Below are positions 37,598 through 49,270 of a stretch of 64,000 nt of DNA, one piece after another. The stretch spans positions 1,054,001 to 1,118,000 of the forward strand of contig NW_027590121.1 of NCBI RefSeq assembly GCF_964213995.1, given 5' to 3'. The notes below the pieces were generated by a model, which searched no databases, was not told the DNA's origin, and saw nothing but the letters and a program-made list of their open reading frames with translations. The position numbers were made by a program, and so were the translations under genes. The stretch comes from Mustelus asterias. Taxonomy: Eukaryota. Positions within the stretch are counted from its first letter, which is position 1; each line of letters begins with the position of its first letter.

Positions 37598-37860
37598 GGG
37601 GCGGTACGGTAGCACAGTGATTAGCACCGCTGCTACACAGCAGCCGGGACCGAGATCGATTCTCAGCTGCGGTCACAGTGTGTGTGGAGTTTGCACATTC
37701 TCCATGTGTCTGGGTGGATTTTCTCCAGTGCTCGCTTTTCCCCCCACATTCTGAAAGACGTGCTGTTAGCGGCATTGACCCGAACAGGCACCGGACTGTG
37801 GCGATTAGGGTAATTTCGCAGTTACTTCATAAGCCTTACTTGTGACTTTAAAAAAAAACT
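37598..37860 (+). mobile_element. tRNA-derived SINE (V-SINE-type head, different tail)
   Basis: ggggcggtacggtagcacagtgattagcac...gtgtggagtttgcacattctcc; A-rich end. Confidence 0.75.
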
Positions 37861-38688
37861 TACAACAATGAATGGAATAGAAGCACCAAATGTTTTTAAT
37901 GAATTATATAGCGGGGGTTGTATGTGGAGGCGACTGTTTAATGGATTTGAGCTGAATGGGAGTGAGGAGACACGCATTGACTCAGTGATCTTGGATTAGT
38001 TGATCATCAGAAATATTCGCAACACACATACAATAAAAATAACGTTTTCCCTGTAATTTATTGCTTAACCGTCAGAAACACAGGCGTCCATCGTCACCGA
38101 TTTCCGAATTTAATATCATTAAATAAACAGGTTGAACCTTTATTGACAGCACCTCCCAAACCCGCAATCACTTCCACCAGATGATGCATGGGAACATCAG
38201 CACCGATATGTTCCCCTTCAAGCAATGCGATATCCTAACATATTGTGTTCATTTCACTGAAGCTCAAAATCATGGAAACCCCTCCCTGACAGTACTGCGA
38301 GTGTCGCCACATTACGTGGAATGCGAAAGGCAGCTCACCAAGATCTTTCCATGGACAATTAGTGGTAGGTAATAAATACTGGTCTTGATAGCAACGTTCA
38401 CTTTTATTAAATGTTTTAAAAACACTCAATCTGTAACCAATCCCGAGCATCAAACCAACAACTGAACAAATCTCCTCCTGCCGCCTGGTGGCGAATGCTT
38501 GTAAAGTTTCTGAAACTAATTCAGAATCGGTGGATGACTCGGGCTAATTTTCACCAAGCAAAGACAAAGGAAGCTAAAATCGTGAACTAACACAAACAAA
38601 TAACAGATTGTACGAATCAATGTTATTCACAATTGATCTGTTCTACAACAGACGTCAGCTGCAAGAGTTTCTATTGCACAAAGAGGCG

Positions 38689-39311
38689 AGATTTTCTTTC
38701 CGAGATTTAACTGTTTTTATCACTATAAGTCTCACGGAGCAGTAACAGCTCAGAGATTGTTCAAGTGAAATTTCTTGTCAAGATGTTGAGTTGTTCCAAA
38801 AATGGTCTTTGGCTTGAATGCTGAACCGCTCGGGTGTTTTATCAGAATAAACTCTGGCTGTATTTCAGAGTCTTGCCAATAGCAGTCTAATGCTTAACAG
38901 TCGCTCCATGTATTGTTAGAGATTCATTTTAAAGTAACCGCGTCTCCTTCCGTCTTAACTGCTGAGGGTAGCAGCTGGTGGCAACCTCCACGAATTAGAT
39001 CTAAAGGACATGTCACCATGGTGAAAGATAAAACAAGCGGGAGTTTAAAACTCAGATTCAAAACACTTTGGAAATATTAGCCATGATGTGGAGTTGCCGG
39101 CGTTGTACTGGGATATATCTGGACTTTACCCTGATGTTGTGAGACTACTTACTGGAAATATTAGCAACATCTTTACCCCGCAAATACCGTCATTATTTCC
39201 ATTCTACAAACAATAGTGTGCCGCTTAGTGCAACCAAGGGGGAGAATAGATTTTTAGCCGGGAGAAAGTACTCACTGAGATGTCATAGGAAAAGCAAGAG
39301 GTGGTCACAAA
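38689..39311 (-). pseudogene. Highly decayed TCR V pseudogene of the same family as the V at 15798
   Basis: DLIRGGCHQLLPSAVKTEGDAVTLK*... ending TISEL / YCSVRL; TATAGTG + 23 + AGAAAATCT; leader-like exon with GTGAGT donor near 39276. Confidence 0.75.
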
Positions 39312-40689
39312 TGTCTCCGCCCTTGTCTGTAACTGCAGACCATGAACTCCTCTGTCACAGCAAATACAGATCCCCACCCACAGCACTGCTGACCCAACCG
39401 TTGGCAATGATGGAAGCGGAACAACAAGGTCTCCACGAGCAGAGATCAGGGCAGGCGGGTCAAAGGGAAACTGTGTGAGACTCGATAACTAGCGCTCTTG
39501 TCCAACACAGTGTCAGTCTGTGATAAATTATTACACTTCTCTCACTTTCTAGCTCTGTGATCCCTTCATTCTTTCTGTGAAATAAATTCCTCAACAAGAC
39601 AAATTCCAGCCACTGTGACCCGCTACAGAAATTACACATTTCCTTCAATCACAACCCGATCCAACTCACCGAATGGCGCCTACAACAATATCAGATGCTG
39701 CAGTCTTAAATCATATCCTGCAATTTTAATCCAAATTGAATTGTTGAGACTTACACCGAGAGATGGGTTTAAAGTATGAAAAATAATTATCGGATAATAT
39801 CGAGACATCCATCTTATATATCCTGGAAAGTGTGAAATGTGTGAAATAAGTTTCCTGTTGGAATGGAAGAGGAGTAGACATTGAGATAGTTTAAGGAGGT
39901 GTCTGGAGGAACGTTGGGAAAGGAAGTTACTACATTTCCGGATTATTCATACAAAATTTGTCGCATGACCTCCCTCATTCCCAGTGGTCACATGAACCGG
40001 AATACAGCAGGAGAGGCTAAATAGTGTCTAAAACGTCAAAGCACAATTCTGGAATTGTTCAAATGGACTGGCTGCAGCTTTGAAGACAGAAATAGAGCGA
40101 ACATTTTAAATGATTATGCTTATCAGAACTGGGGAAAATGTTGTTGATGCAACAGGTTTTAAGCATTTGGAGTGGCAGCTAAAGACGAGAGGGCAGAATG
40201 AAAAAGGGGCAGGTCAGTAATTCAGTGGAAGACAGGTAGCCCTAAATGATGAAGCCGATGATGGCCCAAGGGGAAGATGTGGTACTGGGACAGGTGGACA
40301 AACAATTAGTAATTGTGGCAGCGTTTTACTTATGAAAAACAGAACCATCACCCCAAGGTGCCGTCTAAAATACAAAGAGAAAACAATGTAAACTGTTGTA
40401 CGGTGGAGAATCAGTAAGTGTTGAAAGCAATCTTGATTCCGGGAGGTGAACAAATCTGTTTTTTTTTTGTAAATGCTGCCGCCACCAGAGAGTAGTGAGA
40501 GGTTGCTTGGGTTTAATGTTGGGACGAGTTTCAGACTCACAACAGTGTTCAGTTCTTTGTTATATTAAAACAAATGAAACGAGCAGCTGTGGAAACACAC
40601 TATTATTGACAGAAATAGGATGTTTATATTTAACGTAATGTATTCTTGTGCGTGGTTAATGTTGCGATTGATGTTACAAATATTCGACA

Positions 40690-41350
40690 TTATGGCCGCG
40701 ATTCTCCCATTGCGGCCCGCCACTTTTCTGGCGGGTCGGGCTGGGAGATGCGCGTGTCGGCCATAGCGTGGGCTATGGGGAGAGAGCGGGTAAATGGAGT
40801 TGAAATCAACCATGATTGAATGGTGGAGTGGACTCGATGGGCCGAATGGCCTTACTTCCGCTCCTATGTCTTATAATCTTATAATCTTATAATTTAGTGG
40901 GTTCCCCAGCAGTTCTTTTCGACCCGCGCGCATCTCCAAGCCAGAGAAAAATGGCGCCGCCGGGAACCCGCTGAAAATCGGCGGGCCGTTGTTTAGCATG
41001 AGTTTATATACTTCTGCATGCTATTATCGGAGTCCACATGGCAATCTCCGCACACGTCTGCGTCTCCCAATTCTTTGGCATGATGTAATTTTGGCACGAA
41101 TCAGAATAGGTATTTAAAAGTTGCAACCTGGCGTGGCAGCCTTGAACTGGCGTGAGGAGGTAAGTGCTGCTAACAGGGCACGAGGGGGGTTGCAGGCACG
41201 CCCTGGAGATGTCTGGTGGCCTTCCTCCTGCTGCCTTTAGGTTTTGGCCCATTGACGAGTGACATCTGTGGGAGGCGTGGGGGGGGGGGGCTTCCATTTC
41301 CTCACAGATCGCTGGGTGATGTTCCATCAGGGAGTCCCGCTCCCCACCGC
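40690..41350. mobile_element. GC/CpG-rich repeat (putative non-autonomous DNA transposon) with a CR1 tail inserted at about 40764-40893
   Basis: Abrupt shift in composition; begins ggccgcgattctccc; embedded (TCTTATA)n tail. Confidence 0.4.
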
Positions 41351-41354
41351 CCCA

Positions 41355-41720
41355 ATCTACAAAGATATAAAATGAAAAAGTGTGGCTAAAGTAAACATTG
41401 GTCCTTTAGAGGACGAGAAGGGGGATGTAATAACTGGAAATGAGAAAATGTCTGTGGCATTGAACAGGTATTTTGTGTCGGTCTTCACAGTGGAAGACAC
41501 AAATAACATGCCAAAAATCGATGACAGGAAGGCTATGGAAGGTGAGAACCTAGAAACTATCAATCTCACGAAAGGGGTAGTGGTGGGCAGTTTAATGGGG
41601 CGAAAGGTAGACAAGTCTCCTGGTCCTGGTGGAATGCATCCCAGTGTACTAAAAGAGCTGGTGGGAGAAATAGCAAATGCACCAGTGGTAATTTACCAAA
41701 ATTCACTGGACTCTGGGGTT
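41355..41720 (+). mobile_element. CR1 ORF2 internal fragment
   Basis: LNRYFVSVFT and VDKSPGPGGMHP motifs. Confidence 0.85.
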
Positions 41721-42199
41721 CAGAGTTAAAGATTTCAGAGAAAAGGGAGTTGAAAGCAGGTCCCATGGACAAGATGAACAATCAGAGGGTTTGATGGGAA
41801 ATAGGAGAGAGACTGGAGAAAGATGTGAGTTCAGAGCTTGGACACAGAGGAGCTTTACAGACAGTCTGGCCCAGTGGGTGAGTGGAAGGGAAGGAAGCAG
41901 CTGATCAGATTGTCTCAATCTTAGTGACAGAAACTCATCAGCTCCTCACACTTTGTTGTTGGAGGTGAGGTTGGAGGAGACAAGAGAAAGGGAGAGTCCT
42001 TCAAAAGGAACTAACTTGTGTTAGAGATATTAGAAAGGCTCGACACAGCATGTTTAAATCAAAGACAACATATTTGATTTTTGTCCAGAATATTAGTCTC
42101 TATAACTGAACTGAAGTTTATTAACATCAGCAGAAACAGACCCTAATGGACATAGCTCAGTTCTCAATCTGATTGACAACACAATCCAATCTCTGGAGT

Positions 42200-43066
42200 T
42201 GACTGTGAATTTGCTGGTGTCTCAGCAGATTGGATGACTGAGTAAATCCCATCGCACACACAGAACACGTAAATGGTCTCTTCCCAGTGTGAACTCACTG
42301 GTGTGTCAGCAGGTTGGATGACCGAGTGAATCTCTTCCCACAATCATTGCAGGTGAACAGCCTCTCCCCAGTGTGAACTCGCTGGTGTCTGAGCAGTGCT
42401 GATGATTGAGTGAATCTCTTCCCACACCGAGAGCAGGTGAATGGTCTATCTCCCGTGTGAGTGCGCTGGTGAACGGTGAGATGAGATGATCGCCTGAACC
42501 CAGTTCCGCAGTGAGAGCACCTGAACGGTCTCTCGTCAGTGTGAACTTGTTGATGATACATAAGTTCCTGAGAGGTTTTATAACTCTTCCCACAGTCCAG
42601 ACATTTAAACGGTCTCTCGTCAGTGTGACTTCTTTGATGTGTTGTCAGGTTGGATAAATTAATGAATCCTTTCCCACACTCGGAGCAGGTGAATGGTCTC
42701 TGCCTAGTGTGAATTCGCTGGTGTGTTAACAGCGTGGGTGACTGAGTGAATCCCATCCCACACACACAGCAAGTGAATGGCCTCTGCCCAGTGTGTGTGC
42801 TGGTGTGTCAGCAGGGTGGATGACTTAGTGAATCCTTTCCCGCAGTCCGAGCAGGTGAACGGCCTCTCCCCGGTGTGACCACGCCGATGAGTTTCCAGCT
42901 GGGATGGATAATTGAATCCCTTCCCACAGTCCTCACATTTCCACAGCTTGTCCCCATCATAACAGCATTTATGTTTTGACAGGGCAGATGATCGATTGAA
43001 TCCCTGTCCACACACAGAACACGAGTAGGGTTTCTCTCCGCTGTGAACGGTGCTTTTTTCTTCCAT
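42200..43066 (-). pseudogene. C2H2 zinc-finger array gene, disrupted
   Basis: Tandem CxxC...HxxxH fingers with TGERPF linkers; frameshift in a CA run near 42790; CGA-to-TGA-type stop at 42295. Confidence 0.9.
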
Positions 43067-43429
43067 GTTTAAAATATGACAATATTCAGGTTACGATAAA
43101 TTAGCCGACAGTATCATTCCCTAATGTGATGTTTGGTTTCAGTTTCCCAACTGCAAATCGTCCCCTTCTAAAACCCTGTGAAATTGATTTAAAACAGAAA
43201 AAAGGGAGTGAGAGAGAACCCACAAAAGCACAAAGACAGGTTGTGAAATTGAGCTGAATGAATCTGGTCATTTGTGGGGCCGGCACTGGGAAAAAGTGAC
43301 CATGAAAACTGCTGGATTCAATTGATTCACTCATGTCCTTCAGGGAAAGAAACCTGCCAACTTGTCTGGACTCTGCACCCAGGTCCTATCCCCGGAGCCC
43401 CACATATCCTGTTACTTCCCCGAACCTAC

Positions 43430-43620
43430 ACATCTTGGGGCACTAAGGGGCAATTTAGCATGGCCAATCCACCTAGCCTGCACGTCATTGGACTGTGAGA
43501 GGAAACAGGAGCACCCAGATGAAAACCCACGCAGACACGGGGAGACACAGTCACCCGAGGCTGGAGTTGAACCTGGGTCACTGGAGCTGTGAGGCAGCAG
43601 TGCTAACCACTGTGCTACCC
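43430..43620 (-). mobile_element. HE1/V-SINE-type SINE
   Basis: Reverse complement of the 30955-type head and V domain. Confidence 0.8.
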
Positions 43621-43827
43621 TTTTTCAAAGAACTGGAACAATTTTGTGAAATGTCTGGGACTATTTTATTTTGTTAAAGACACAGTATGAATACAAATTA
43701 TCTTCGCTGCCCTGATTTTGTTGTTCTGCTCATCAGTAAGAAATTGGAAGTGAAAGAGTGAAGCACTTTGATGGACAAGTTGTTCAAATTCTGTCACTGG
43801 GAAGAATTTCAAAACATTGCCCCTAAC

Positions 43828-43852
43828 AAACATGGCGGCTACGCATGCGCCC
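43828..43852. promoter_or_regulatory. YY1 plus NRF1-like housekeeping promoter motifs upstream of the ZNF gene
   Basis: AAACATGGCGGC followed by ACGCATGCGC. Confidence 0.55.
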
Positions 43853-44490
43853 TACTGTTCCACCTCTTTCTCCAATTCCTCTCCGATCCCCCATCCGCCA
43901 AGGAACAGCAGCCGGGCAGAGCGGGCAAGAGGTGACACCCAGGGGGAGCAGCAGCCGAGAGGGTTACAGCGAACCCTGGTGGACTGGAGGGGAAACAGCA
44001 GTAGCACAGTCTCTGCCCAAAGGCTTTCGCTGTTCAGCTGCTCAAAGACTCTGAGAACCTCTTCAAATGTAAACTTCAGCTTCTCACATTCACCTATCCA
44101 TCCCTTCCTCCATCCATCTCGCCCTCCCTCCATCCATCCCTCTCCCTCCATCCACCCCTTCTTCCATCCATCTCACCATCCCTCCCTCTCTCCATCCATC
44201 CTTCCTGATAACAAGAACCATTCACTCTGCACAGCAGTTTCATCCTCATTCCTCCAGTCTGTATTCCAGCCTTCATCACATTCACTCTGCTCCCAGATAT
44301 TTTAGACCAATAGATATTACAACTCAAACTTCACAATCTCTACAATTTAATATTTGTTTGGTAACCTTATAGACAGCAGAGAAATCATCAATTCCAAAGC
44401 AACCCGATCTGGAGGATATATTTATACATTTTCTCATTTCACAATAAAACCCACGCACTGAGTTTCAAATTTGCTTCTGTCATTATTTTA

Positions 44491-45743
44491 GTGATGATGT
44501 GGAGATGCCGGCGTTGGACTGGGGTGAACACAGTGAGAAGTCTAACAACACCAGGTTAAAGTCCAACAGGATTATTTGGTAGCAAAAGCCACTAGCTTTC
44601 GGAGCGCTGCTCCTTCGTCAGGTAAGTGGGAGTTCTGTTCACAAACAGAGCATATAAAGACACAACTCAATTTACAGAATAATGGTTGGAATGCGAGTCT
44701 TTACAACTAATCAAGTCTTAAAGGTACAGACAATATGAGTGGAGAGAGGGTTAAGCACAGGTTAAAGAGATGTGTATTGTCTCCAGCCAGGACAGTTTGT
44801 GAGATTTTGCAAGCCCAGGCAAGTTGTGGGGGTTACAGAGAGTGTGACATGAACCCAAGATGCCGGTTGAGGCCGTCCTCATGTGTGCGGAACCTGGCTA
44901 TCAGTCTCTGCTCAGCGACGCTGCACTATCGTGTGTCTTGAAGGCCGCCTTGGAGAACGCTTACCCGAACATCAGAGGCCGAATGCCCGTGACCACTGAA
45001 GTGTTCCCCAACAGGAAGAGAACACTCTTGCCTGGTGATTGTCGAGCGGTGTTCATTCATCCGTTGTCACAGTGTCTGCATGGTTTCCCCGATGTACCAT
45101 GCCTCGGGACATCCTTTCCTGCAGCGTATCAGGTAGACAACATTGGCCGAGTTGCAAGTGTATGTACTGTGCACCTGGTGGATGGTGTTCTCACGTGAGA
45201 TGATGGCATCCGTGTCGATGATCTGGCATGTCGTGCAGAGGTTGCTGTGGCAGGGTTGTTTGGTGTCGTGGTCAGTGTTCTCCTGAAGGCTGGGTAGTTT
45301 GCTGCAGACAATCGTCTGTTTGAGATTGTGCGGTTGTTTGAAGGCAAGAAGTGGGGGTGTGGGGACGGCCTAGGTGAGATGTTCGTCTTCATCAATGACA
45401 TGTTGAAGGCTCCGGAGACGATGTCGTAGCTTCTCCGCTCTGGGGAAGTACTGGACGACGAAGGGTATTCTGTCCACCGTGTCCCGTGTTTGTCTTCTGA
45501 GGAGGTCGGTGCGGTTTTTCACTGTGGCGCGCCGGAACTGTCGATCGATGAGTCGAGCGCCATATCCTGTTCTTATGAACAGGATTATGTAAATTATTTT
45601 GTAAATTGAGTTTGTGTCTTTATATGCCCTGTTTGTGAACAGAACTCCCACTTTCCTGATGAAGGGGCAGCGCTCCGAAAGCTAGTAGTTTGTGCTACTA
45701 AATAAACCTGTTGGACTTTAACCTGGTGTTGTGAGACTTCTCA
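44491..45743 (-). mobile_element. Penelope-like retroelement, 5'-truncated, with GIY-YIG remnant, inverted pLTR and 10-bp TSD
   Basis: Minus strand encodes TCNSANVVYLIRCRKGCPEAWYIGET (GIY-YIG). 44540-44675 is inverted at 45597-45743. TSD CATTATTTTA at 44481-44490 and 45744-45753. Confidence 0.92.
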
Positions 45744-46106
45744 CATTATTTTAATGCCCAGCAGATTATTTGGACTGAAATTGGTCTCAGTGTGTCTCTG
45801 TGTTGTGAGTGTGTGTGTATTTGTGGAAGTCAGAGTGTTTTTTTGTCTGCATGTCTGTGTGTGCGAGTTTGCCTGTGTCTGTCTGAGAGTGTATGTCTGT
45901 GAATGTGTTTGTCTTCGAACTCGCCTGTTGCTATTTCTGAGGTTAGTTTCAACTCTCTAAATAGATTCGTCTGCGTTAATATAAAAAAATAGGAACAAGA
46001 AAAATATAGCAGCACAATCCTCCTACGTTTCTATGTTTGAAAATGACCCTTCAGTAGCCTGAGGGTTCAGTGATCTCCCAGGTAGAAGCCATTTACCTCA
46101 CTTCGC

Positions 46107-46120
46107 CACTAGAGGGAGCT
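46107..46120 (+). promoter_or_regulatory. CTCF-like motif
   Basis: CCACTAGAGGGAGC; paralogous CCACAAGAGGGAGC on the minus strand near 51882-51895. Confidence 0.55.
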
Positions 46121-47169
46121 CCCTCACTGTGATTGTGTGGAATGAAGGAGTCTTGTGTTATTGTCAGTATTTTCATGTTTAAAAGATGTTTTTGTTAAAA
46201 GCTCATTGTCCGTCCAGTGACTCTGTTTATCCACATTTCTAAAACAAAAAGGTAAAGGTTACGGTCAATTGAGCCAGGGTTTTATTCTGGGACCTTCCTG
46301 CCCAGAAGTAACATCAGCTGGGATTGTAACTTAGCAGCAGAAACCCATCTTCTGTTCTATTCCCCCAATTCCCACAAAATAGTTTTTAGATTTGGGTGAG
46401 TTTGTATAAAATTGACAACGGTGGAGATTCAAGACACTTAACAAGTGAATAAAGGCAAAAGATTCCACAGATTCTGCACAAACAAAATAAACTTTACTAT
46501 ACACAGTGAGAAAGGGAAAACAAGTTACAATATGTGGAAGGTAAAACATTCAAGGACTTTAGAGAGGAAAGGGAGATGGGATGGTAGTTTACAAGGGCAT
46601 GTGTCAAAGATATTTTATTGAGAAGTGGGTGATGATATCGGATTTGAAGGAGAGGAAGATATTGACAATATCAGCTGATGTGGAGAAGTTGTGCTGTCAG
46701 TAGCTCAGTGGGAATAGGATTGAGGGATCAAGAGATGGGTCTCATGGGCAAGATGAGCTCTAAGAGGACATGAGGGGAGGCAGGAGAGAAACTGCAGAAA
46801 GATGAGAGTTCAGAGCTCAGACAAAGGGGAGCGTTAGAGGAGGTTTGTTCCAGTGGGTTAGGGGAAGGAGGGAAGCAGTAGAGGGAGCTGATTGGATTGT
46901 CTCAAACTTAGTGACAAAGAAGATTGTGAGTTTTATTCCCAATGAGCACTTGTGGGGAGGTGAAGATGGGAGAGGGACAAAGGGAGAGCAACTCAAAAGG
47001 AATTCAGTTGTGCTGATGATATTAAAAAGATTCACAGCACTGAACACAAAGATAATTTATTTGACTTTTATTCAGAATATTAAACAGTATAACTGGCTGG
47101 AGTTCATTAACATCAACAAAAACAAACGCAATGAACATATTACAGTCCTGGATAGGATTAACAGCAGAT

Positions 47170-48057
47170 TCCAATCACCATGGTTACTAGTGAATTCTTT
47201 CGTGTCTCAGCAGGTAGGATGACTGAGTGAATCTCTTCCCACTCTCAGAGCAGCTGAATGGTCTCTCCCCAGTGTGAGCTCGCTTGTGTCTCAGCAGGCT
47301 GGAGGACTGAATGAATCCCTTCCCACATTCAGAGCAGGTGAATGGCCTTTCCCCAGTGTGGGTGCGCTGGTGTAGAATGAGGTCATATGATCGCCTGAAC
47401 CCAGTCCCGCAGTGAGAGCACCTGAATGGTCTCTCATCAGTGTGAACACGTTGATGGGAAGTCAGTTCATCAGAACTTTTAGAGCACTTCTCAGTCAGAG
47501 CATTTAATAGGTCTCTCCCCAGTGTGAATACGCTGGTGTGTCATTAGTTGGGATGACCGAGTGAATCCCTTTCCACACTCGAAGCAGGTGAATGGCCTCT
47601 CCCCAGTGTGAATTCGCTGGTGTACAGTGAGGTTATGTGAATGCTTGAACCCAATCCCACAGTGAGAGCACCTGAACAGTCTCTCATCAGTATGAACACG
47701 TTGATGGGACATCAGTTCCCAATAACTTTTGAAGCACTTCCCACAGTCTAAGCATTTAAAAGGTCTCTCCCCAGTGTGAACTCGTTGATGAGCAAGTAGA
47801 TTGGATGACTGAGTGAATCCCTTCCCACACTCAGAGCAGGTGAATGGCCTCTCCCCAGTGTGACTGCGCCGATGAATTTCCAGCTGGGATGGGTAATTAA
47901 ATTCCTTCCCACAGTTCACACATTTCCACAGTTTTTCCAAGGAGTGATTGCACTTACGTTTTGACAGGCCAGAGGATCGGCTGAAGCCTCGTCCACACAC
48001 AGAACCTGTGTACGGTTTCTCCCCACTGGGAATAGTGCTTTTTCCTTCCATGTTCAA
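47170..48057 (-). pseudogene. C2H2 zinc-finger array gene, disrupted
   Basis: The 188-aa ORF ends mid-finger (CSD*) at 47491 through a small deletion. Fingers continue in another frame to about 47170. Confidence 0.9.
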
Positions 48058-48404
48058 AATCCACTGATATTCAGTTATGATAAATTAGACGACTCTGGCA
48101 GTTCCTGATATGATATTTACTTTCAGTTTCCTGACTGCAAATCGTCCCCTTCTAGTCCCTGTGAAACTGATTTAAAACAGAAAAAAGGGGATTGAGAGTG
48201 AACCCATAGAGACAGGTGATGAATAGAATCCAAACCGAAGCAACAATAAATAAAACACGCAGGAGGCCAGGAACTGAGTATCGTCGAGATATTCAGCAGA
48301 CTAGGCAGCCTGTGAGAGTTACAAACAGAATTGAGGGCTCCGGTTGCTGACTTGCCCTCAGTCTATAATGAAACATCTAGAGTCACGCACTGACTAATGG
48401 CGGT

Positions 48405-48426
48405 CGCATTTCCCACAATGCTCTGC
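48405..48426. promoter_or_regulatory. ZNF143/SBS-like motif upstream of the ZNF gene
   Basis: GCATTTCCCACAATGCTCTGCG, preceded by ATGGCGG. Confidence 0.55.
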
Positions 48427-48474
48427 GCCCCAGAAACCCCTCTATTCAAAAGTTGCTCACCGTAAATCACTAAT

Positions 48475-49270
48475 CATAGAATCCTTACAGTGCAGAAAGA
48501 GGCCATTTTACCCATCGAGTCTGTACTGACTCTGAGAGCATCTTTCCCAGGCTCACCCCCTATCCCAGTAACCCCACGCACTTACTCTGCTATTCCCCAT
48601 CCTGACCTTTTTCTTCACCCTGCCTGCAACCGCAACAATATATTCTGTACCCGACTCTGTTCCTTTCCCCCTGTGTACTTTACCAAGTTATGACTTTTTT
48701 CTGTATAACACGCAAGAAATAATTTTCACTGTATCCCAGAACACGCAACAATAATAAATCAAATTAGACCCTACACATCTTGGGACACTAAGGGACAAAT
48801 TTAACATGGTCAATTCACCGAACCTGCACATCTTTGGGCAGTGAGAGGAAACCAGAGCACCCAGAGGAAATGCACACAGACAGGGGGAGATTGTGCAAAC
48901 TCCACACCTGAGGTGAAGATGTTGGACTGGGGTGGGCACAGTAAGAAGTCTCACAACATCAGGTTATTTGGAACCACGAGCTTTTGGAGAGCTGATGAAG
49001 GAGCAACTTTGACAAACGGTCATCTGGACTCAAAATGTCAGTTCTTTACTCTCTTTACAGATGCTGCCAGACCTGCTGAGATTTTCCAGCATTTTCTCTT
49101 TTGGTTTCAGATTCCAGCATCCGCAGTAATTTGCATTGATTCCAAATGAATTTATTGGAATTTAACCTGATATTGTGAGACTTCTTACTGTGTAAACTCC
49201 ACACAGTCACACACCCACGGCTGGAGTCGAACCCTGGCGTTGTGAGGCAGCAGTGCTAACCACTGTGCCA
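48475..49270 (-). mobile_element. HE1-type SINE interrupted by nested repeats, including a Penelope pLTR fragment (about 48910-49195)
   Basis: SINE tail at 48475, V domain at 48790-48905, head at 49205-49270; pLTR signature aagaagtctcacaaca. Confidence 0.65.

Noticed and set aside
38970-38985. CTCF-like GCAGCTGGTGGCAA
   Set aside because: It falls inside a decayed V exon and is likely coincidental.
13620-39311. NAR-TCR, IgH-like or TAIL V segments known from shark TCR delta loci
   Set aside because: All readable V exons look like conventional leader-bearing TCR alpha/delta V segments. I saw no V-D-J cassette, no leaderless V with an extra CDR1 cysteine and no IgH-type framework.
39655-39815. 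Possible extra leader exon and micro-exon on the minus strand
   Set aside because: Splice-like signals are present, but there is no hydrophobic leader and no downstream V exon.
43852-44151. FTFEEV resembling the start of a KRAB-A box near ZNF genes
   Set aside because: No other KRAB residues are present (F..EEW..L...QR.LY..VM.ENY), and the frame arises from a low-complexity repeat.
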